The notes below the pieces were generated by a model. It was not told where the DNA came from. It made no database searches and saw nothing but the letters and a program-made list of their open reading frames with translations. The translations under genes were made by a program, and so were the position numbers. Positions 58,654-64,000 of a stretch of DNA of 64,000 nt are shown here, piece by piece (positions within the stretch are counted from its first letter, which is position 1; each line of letters opens with the position of its first letter). The DNA comes from Octopus vulgaris (lineage: Eukaryota): the NCBI GenBank assembly GCA_951406725.2, contig CATOCA020000001.1, forward strand, positions 1,674,001 to 1,738,000, read 5' to 3'.

Positions 58654-58704
58654 AGCTTCTACAGGACTAGAACTGTTTCATTCAAGAGAAATCTTCAGGA
58701 AGCT
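58654..58704 (-). ncRNA. Type I hammerhead ribozyme (Penelope-type)
   Basis: Minus strand: AGCUUC-CUGAAGA-uUUC UCUU GAAu-GAAA-CAG UUCUAGUC CUGUA^GAAGCU. 6-bp stem I, stem III ACAG/CUGU, GUA cleavage triplet, downstream AAUAAA. Confidence 0.8.
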
Positions 58705-59301
58705 AGTTAACAAGAATTGTATTGGCATTTATACATTTAGACAGGTTTAAAGGGGTGTTGGTGGGGGACTTTTTGGGGGTAGGCATAGCGCAAAATATCA
58801 TACTTGGGGGAGTGGTCAAGGAGTCAGTGTTAAATTAGATAGAAGAATAAATAAAAAAATAAAAAAATAAAAAAATATATGTATAAAAAAAAAGGGGAAT
58901 AGAGTTTTAGGTAAGTAAGGAGATTCTCACTTATACCTATGCACATATGTGTACATATATACACACACATATACAAACATATATACATATACATACACAC
59001 ATACATACACACACATATATATACATATATATACACTTACACATACATATACATATCTACACATACACATATATGTATACATACACACACTCACATGCAT
59101 ACAGTTATACACACATGTATATATACACACACGACCACACATACATATACACACAGAAAGATATATATATATATACACATACACACACATACTCACATAC
59201 ACGCATACACACACATATATCCACACACACACATGCACACACAGCACACTAGTCCCTATATACACATATATACACATACACACATATATACACACACATA
59301 C

Positions 59302-59333
<32 letters not shown>

Positions 59334-59650
59334 ATATGTGTACCTATGCATACCTACACATACACACATATATATACACATACAAATACAGACCCATTCC
59401 CTAATTTTAATTTTATTATCTTCATTTATTACTTTTGTTATCTTTGGCCGCTTGGTCACAAACATCTTGGCTATGACAGCCAGTCCATTTATTTGTCTAC
59501 TGGAAAACAAGCACTCATTCACTCACGCACACTCTTTAGCACGTACACTCACTCATTCGTACACTCATACACATACACGCACGCACGCGTTATATTCATA
59601 CATACATACATCTACATACATTCACGTATATACACATACGTACGCGTACC

Positions 59651-59703
<53 letters not shown>

Positions 59704-59789
59704 AAATATTAGGGAATAAATCCAAACTTACAGGGAAAAATCAGATTTAGGATTAAATCCAATTTTATAGTATAAATATATTATATTAA

Positions 59790-60160
59790 ATTATATTAAA
59801 TCAGAGATAAAACCACTATTAGGCAAATCAAACAATGAAAAACATAACCCAATACATAAAATTAATTAATTTATATTATAATAAAAATATATCAAAAGTA
59901 TTAAAAGTTTAATAAAAGATAGAGAGAATCAGAATCGAAATCGATCAATGGAAATTGCAGCTGAGATACCAGTGCCGGTGGCACGTAAGAGAACCATCCG
60001 AATGTCGCCGTTGCCAGCGCCACCCCGACTGGCCTCGTTATCTTTTATTAAACTTTTAATACTTTTGATATATTTAAAAAAATATTAATTAATTAATTTT
60101 ATGTATTGGCTTATGTTTTTCATTGTTTGATTTGCCTAATAGTGGTTTTATCTCTAATTT

Positions 60161-60165
<5 letters not shown>
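59790..60165. repeat. Fold-back inverted repeat, AT-rich arms of about 130 bp around a SINE fragment
   Basis: About 59790-59921 versus 60039-60165. Confidence 0.85.
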
Positions 60166-60222
<57 letters not shown>

Positions 60223-60279
60223 TAAATAAGTGCATTGGGTAGGATTAGTAAAAGTTTTGGTAGAAATGACTAATGTCCC

Positions 60280-60322
<43 letters not shown>

Positions 60323-60326
<4 letters not shown>

Positions 60327-60542
60327 TATAATTAAGAGCTAAAGAAGATTATTCTAAAGCCAATACACTGATTTATCCACTTATATTCCGAAATTGATTC
60401 AATATAGAGATAACGAAATTAAAATTTTCTAAGGGTTAGTTGCCCGTTTTCAGTTTCAATTTTCCTGTAGCAAGTGGATTATAAGTGGATAAATCAGTGT
60501 ATTGGCTTTAGAATAATCTTCTTTAGCCCTTAATTATATGAT
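60323..60542. repeat. Fold-back inverted repeat, arms of about 62 bp
   Basis: 60323-60384 versus 60480-60542; an additional strong hairpin at 60592-60627. Confidence 0.85.
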
Positions 60543-60641
60543 GTTTATACTTCAACCGTAAAGGTTTTTTTAATATACTGCCACGCTTTCTGATGGATTC
60601 CCTTTCTGTAGAGAAAGGGACTCCATCCTATATTGTTAGTA

Positions 60642-60685
<44 letters not shown>

Positions 60686-61034
60686 CAGTTTGGCGATCTC
60701 GGTTGGGACAAATGCTACTACCGTTTAGCCCAGGAGACAACATCTCCTGCTGGCTAAACGTCACACAATCTGTCCTTATATTTTCGAAAATACTGTGTAA
60801 TTAGATGAATATTGTGACTAAATTCCATCAAATAGCTTTTCTACAGATATAAGCAAACTATACCTTATATTATATCCTGGAAATATTAATGATATATAAA
60901 ATACTCTCTGAAAATAAAACGAATTTCCATATAAAAGTATGTTTGCGTTGGAAATTGTTATAATGAAACTTTGACAATATTAAAGAGTAAGAAAATATTG
61001 TGTTAATTAAAAGCAATAGAAGAAGAATATCTAC

Positions 61035-61235
61035 CTGAATAATTAATTTCTTTCAGTTGGAATCTGAAGAGTTTTTTCTGTCAGGAATATCTTCCACGTT
61101 CAGTGAGTTCAAAGAACAGCAAACGAATAAAGAAATGTGTTGAATTTTGTCTATTTATATTGATGTTATGAGACTTGGAGACGTTAAATTTTGAGATAAG
61201 AGTTTGTGTGTGCGTGTGTCTATTTCGAGATAAGA
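61035..61235 (-). promoter_or_regulatory. Putative distal/duplicated promoter + non-coding first exon (copy B)
   Basis: Minus-strand TATAAATA at 61152-61159; donor CAG|gtagat at 61035; shares gttggaatctgaagag and gagataag with copy A, and gttctcactgcaggtaaa further upstream (near 42731 and 61473). Confidence 0.45.
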
Positions 61236-61682
61236 ATATTATGTGCATATGTGAGTCTACGAATGTATGTATATGTGTCTATGCATGTGCGCGTGTGTGT
61301 GTGTGTGTGTTGTAAACCCTACACATAACCCGTTCTGTTATCTAATCACTTCGACAAATGCTAAATCCTGACAACAGTTATAGCAGTAAACATTCTGTGT
61401 GTGTGTCTGTGTATTATATCTATATGTGTGCACGCATATATTTATGTATATGTGTGTTTCTAGGTGTGCCATGTTCTCACTGCAGGTAAATAAAGGAAAA
61501 TACTTGGATACGCACATACACACACATATTTATATGTACATATGCACATACCATATATGTAATGTATAGCATACACACACGTGTATGTATATATATATAC
61601 ATATATATATACATACACACACACACATATATATATATGTATATATGTACGTATGTATATATACTTATATATATTTATATAC

Positions 61683-61838
61683 AGGCGCAGGAGTGTCTAT
61701 GTGATACGTAGCTTACTTAGGAACCGCATGGTTCCTGGTTCAGTCCCACTGCGTGACACCTTGGGCAAGTGTCTTCTACTACAACCTCTGTCTGACCAAA
61801 AATTTGTGAGTGGATTTGGTAGATGGAAACTGAAAGAA

Positions 61839-61884
<46 letters not shown>

Positions 61885-61921
61885 GGCAGGTTTCTTTCAG
61901 TTTCCATTCAAATCCACTCAC

Positions 61922-61963
<42 letters not shown>

Positions 61964-62200
61964 CTGTGTGTGTGTGTGAGTGTGCATGTGTGTGTGTATG
62001 TTTGTGTGTCTATATTTGTCCTCCCAACATCGTGTGGAAACCGATGTTCGTGGGTCCTGGTAACTTAGCGGTTCGTCAAAAGACACCCATAGAATAAGTA
62101 CTAGGCTTACAAATAATAAGTTCTGGGGTCGATTTGTTCGACTAAAGGCGGTGCTCCAGCATGGCTGCAGGCAATTGACTGAAACAAATAAAAGAATAAT
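61683..62200 (+). mobile_element. Dominant SINE copy
   Basis: Family head and tail with expanded internal microsatellites. Confidence 0.8.
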
Positions 62201-62294
62201 AGAATACATACACACACACACGTACATGCATATATATGTGTGTATGCATATATATATATTTACGTGTATGTGTGTGTATATGTATATATATATG

Positions 62295-62333
<39 letters not shown>

Positions 62334-62429
62334 TAATACTTTGAGGGAATATTATTCCTAACTTACAGGGGAAAATTCAATTTAGAAGTACTAAATCAAA
62401 TTTCACAAAATATAATTTAATATAATATA

Positions 62430-62484
<55 letters not shown>

Positions 62485-62486
<2 letters not shown>

Positions 62487-62886
62487 GCGCAGGAGTGGCT
62501 GTGTGGTAAGTAGCTTGCTTACCAACCACATGGTTCCGGGTTCATTCCCACTGCGTGGAACCTTGGGCAAGTGTCTTCTACTATAGCCTCGGGCCGACCA
62601 AAGCCTTGTGAGTGGATTTGGTAGACGGAAACTGGAAGAAGCCCGTCTTATATATGTATATATATGTATGTATGTATATGTTTGTGTGTCTGTTTTTGTC
62701 ACTCCACCATTGCTTGACAACCGATGGTGGTGTGTTTACGTCCCGTATCTTAGCGGTTCAGCAAAAGAGACCGATAGAATAAGTACTGGGCTTACAAAGA
62801 ATAAGTCCCGGGGTCGAATTGCTCGACTAAAGGCGATGCTCCAGCATGGCCGCAGTCAAATGACTGAAACAAGTAAAAGAGTAAAA
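62485..62886 (+). mobile_element. Dominant SINE copy (well preserved)
   Basis: aggcgcaggagtggctgtgtggtaagtagc...actgaaacaagtaaaagagta. Confidence 0.88.
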
Positions 62887-62941
<55 letters not shown>

Positions 62942-63753
62942 TATATATATATATGTATGTATGTATGCATGTAAGTCGACCACAATATACAATTTAATTT
63001 AGATTGGTTGATTCTCTCAATTTCGATCCCTTTTGATAAAGACAAGGAATTCTGTCTTCTCAGTAATTCAGAACTATTATTTATTTTTTCTAGAACTTCC
63101 CTTGTACACTCGGTTATAGACCGTGTATACCGATGTTGGTAGTGTGTTGATATATGTGCATGTGTGCCTTTCTTTATATACATATATATATACATACCTA
63201 TACATGTCTATGTATGTATATAAATTTATATGGTATTTGAGTGTATATACATATATACATATTTACATACACACACACATAGGTAGATAGATAGATAGAT
63301 GTCGGAAGGTAGATACATAAATAAATTCATGTGAATACATATATATATATATATGCTCCACACAAAGGGTTTCATTCAGTTTCTATCTACCAATCGGCAC
63401 AGACGGCTGTAGTTGGCCACAACTATAATGGAAGAGAATTGCCAAATGTGGGGTTGAACCAGGAATCATTTGGTTGTGAAACAAACTTCTTACCACACCG
63501 ACACATTTGGAAGCACATAATCGTTGATCGAGCAGACATGATCACAAGCATTCCATCCACGACCATCTTGATGATTTACATGCATTTAGAATTACACTAT
63601 GTAATCTGTCATACGATATATGACTAAGGTGAGATTTGGGCTAAAATTTGGCTGCTATTTCTTGTAGATCAAATGAACCCCACAAATCCAATCGTTACAT
63701 GCTTCTGTGTATGTTTGTGTGTGTGCGTGTATGCCCATGTATGTGTGTGTGTG

Positions 63754-63796
<43 letters not shown>

Positions 63797-64000
63797 CCGT
63801 GTGTGTGTCCTGTTCTGCTTGTAAGTAAAGCCTTTTGTCAGCGTTGTAAATTTAATCTCGTATTTTATCTGGAAATTAGGTCGAGTGTTTATGACATTCC
63901 TCTTGTGTTGCATGGCTGCCATGGTATATACAAGCGGGGAAGGCCATTGCCGCTCCTAACAGAAGTCATTATGTAAATAATGTCAGTAGAAAGAAGATAA

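Overview
This is AT-rich, microsatellite- and SINE-dense animal genomic DNA. The repeat families are most consistent with an octopus or other coleoid cephalopod (inference, not proven). The only host gene I can support is on the minus strand. It has 8 coding exons (30505-30582, 23206-23366, 21534-21579, 19409-19563, 10737-10773, 3384-3593, 1683-1858, 609-768), all with GT-AG junctions and matching phases. They splice to 1023 nt (340 aa), encoding about 6 ankyrin repeats plus a C-terminal RING-HC domain (Mind-bomb/IAP-type RING; probable E3 ubiquitin ligase). Codon 79 is an in-frame TGA (23208-23210) in an otherwise intact frame. The ankyrin exons form two homologous phase 0-2-0 exon pairs, and the internal intron of each pair carries a large (ATC/GAT)n array. 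A TATA box plus non-coding first-exon module occurs twice (about 42.4 kb and 61.0 kb), together with a duplicated piece of intron 1. Three minimal type I hammerhead ribozymes lie in the gene's sense orientation. The rest is relics of CR1-like, HERO, RTE, R4/Dong-like, Penelope-like, Gypsy and Tc1/mariner elements, many tRNA-derived SINEs, several fold-back inverted repeats and simple repeats. Most ORFs in the supplied track are microsatellite artefacts.
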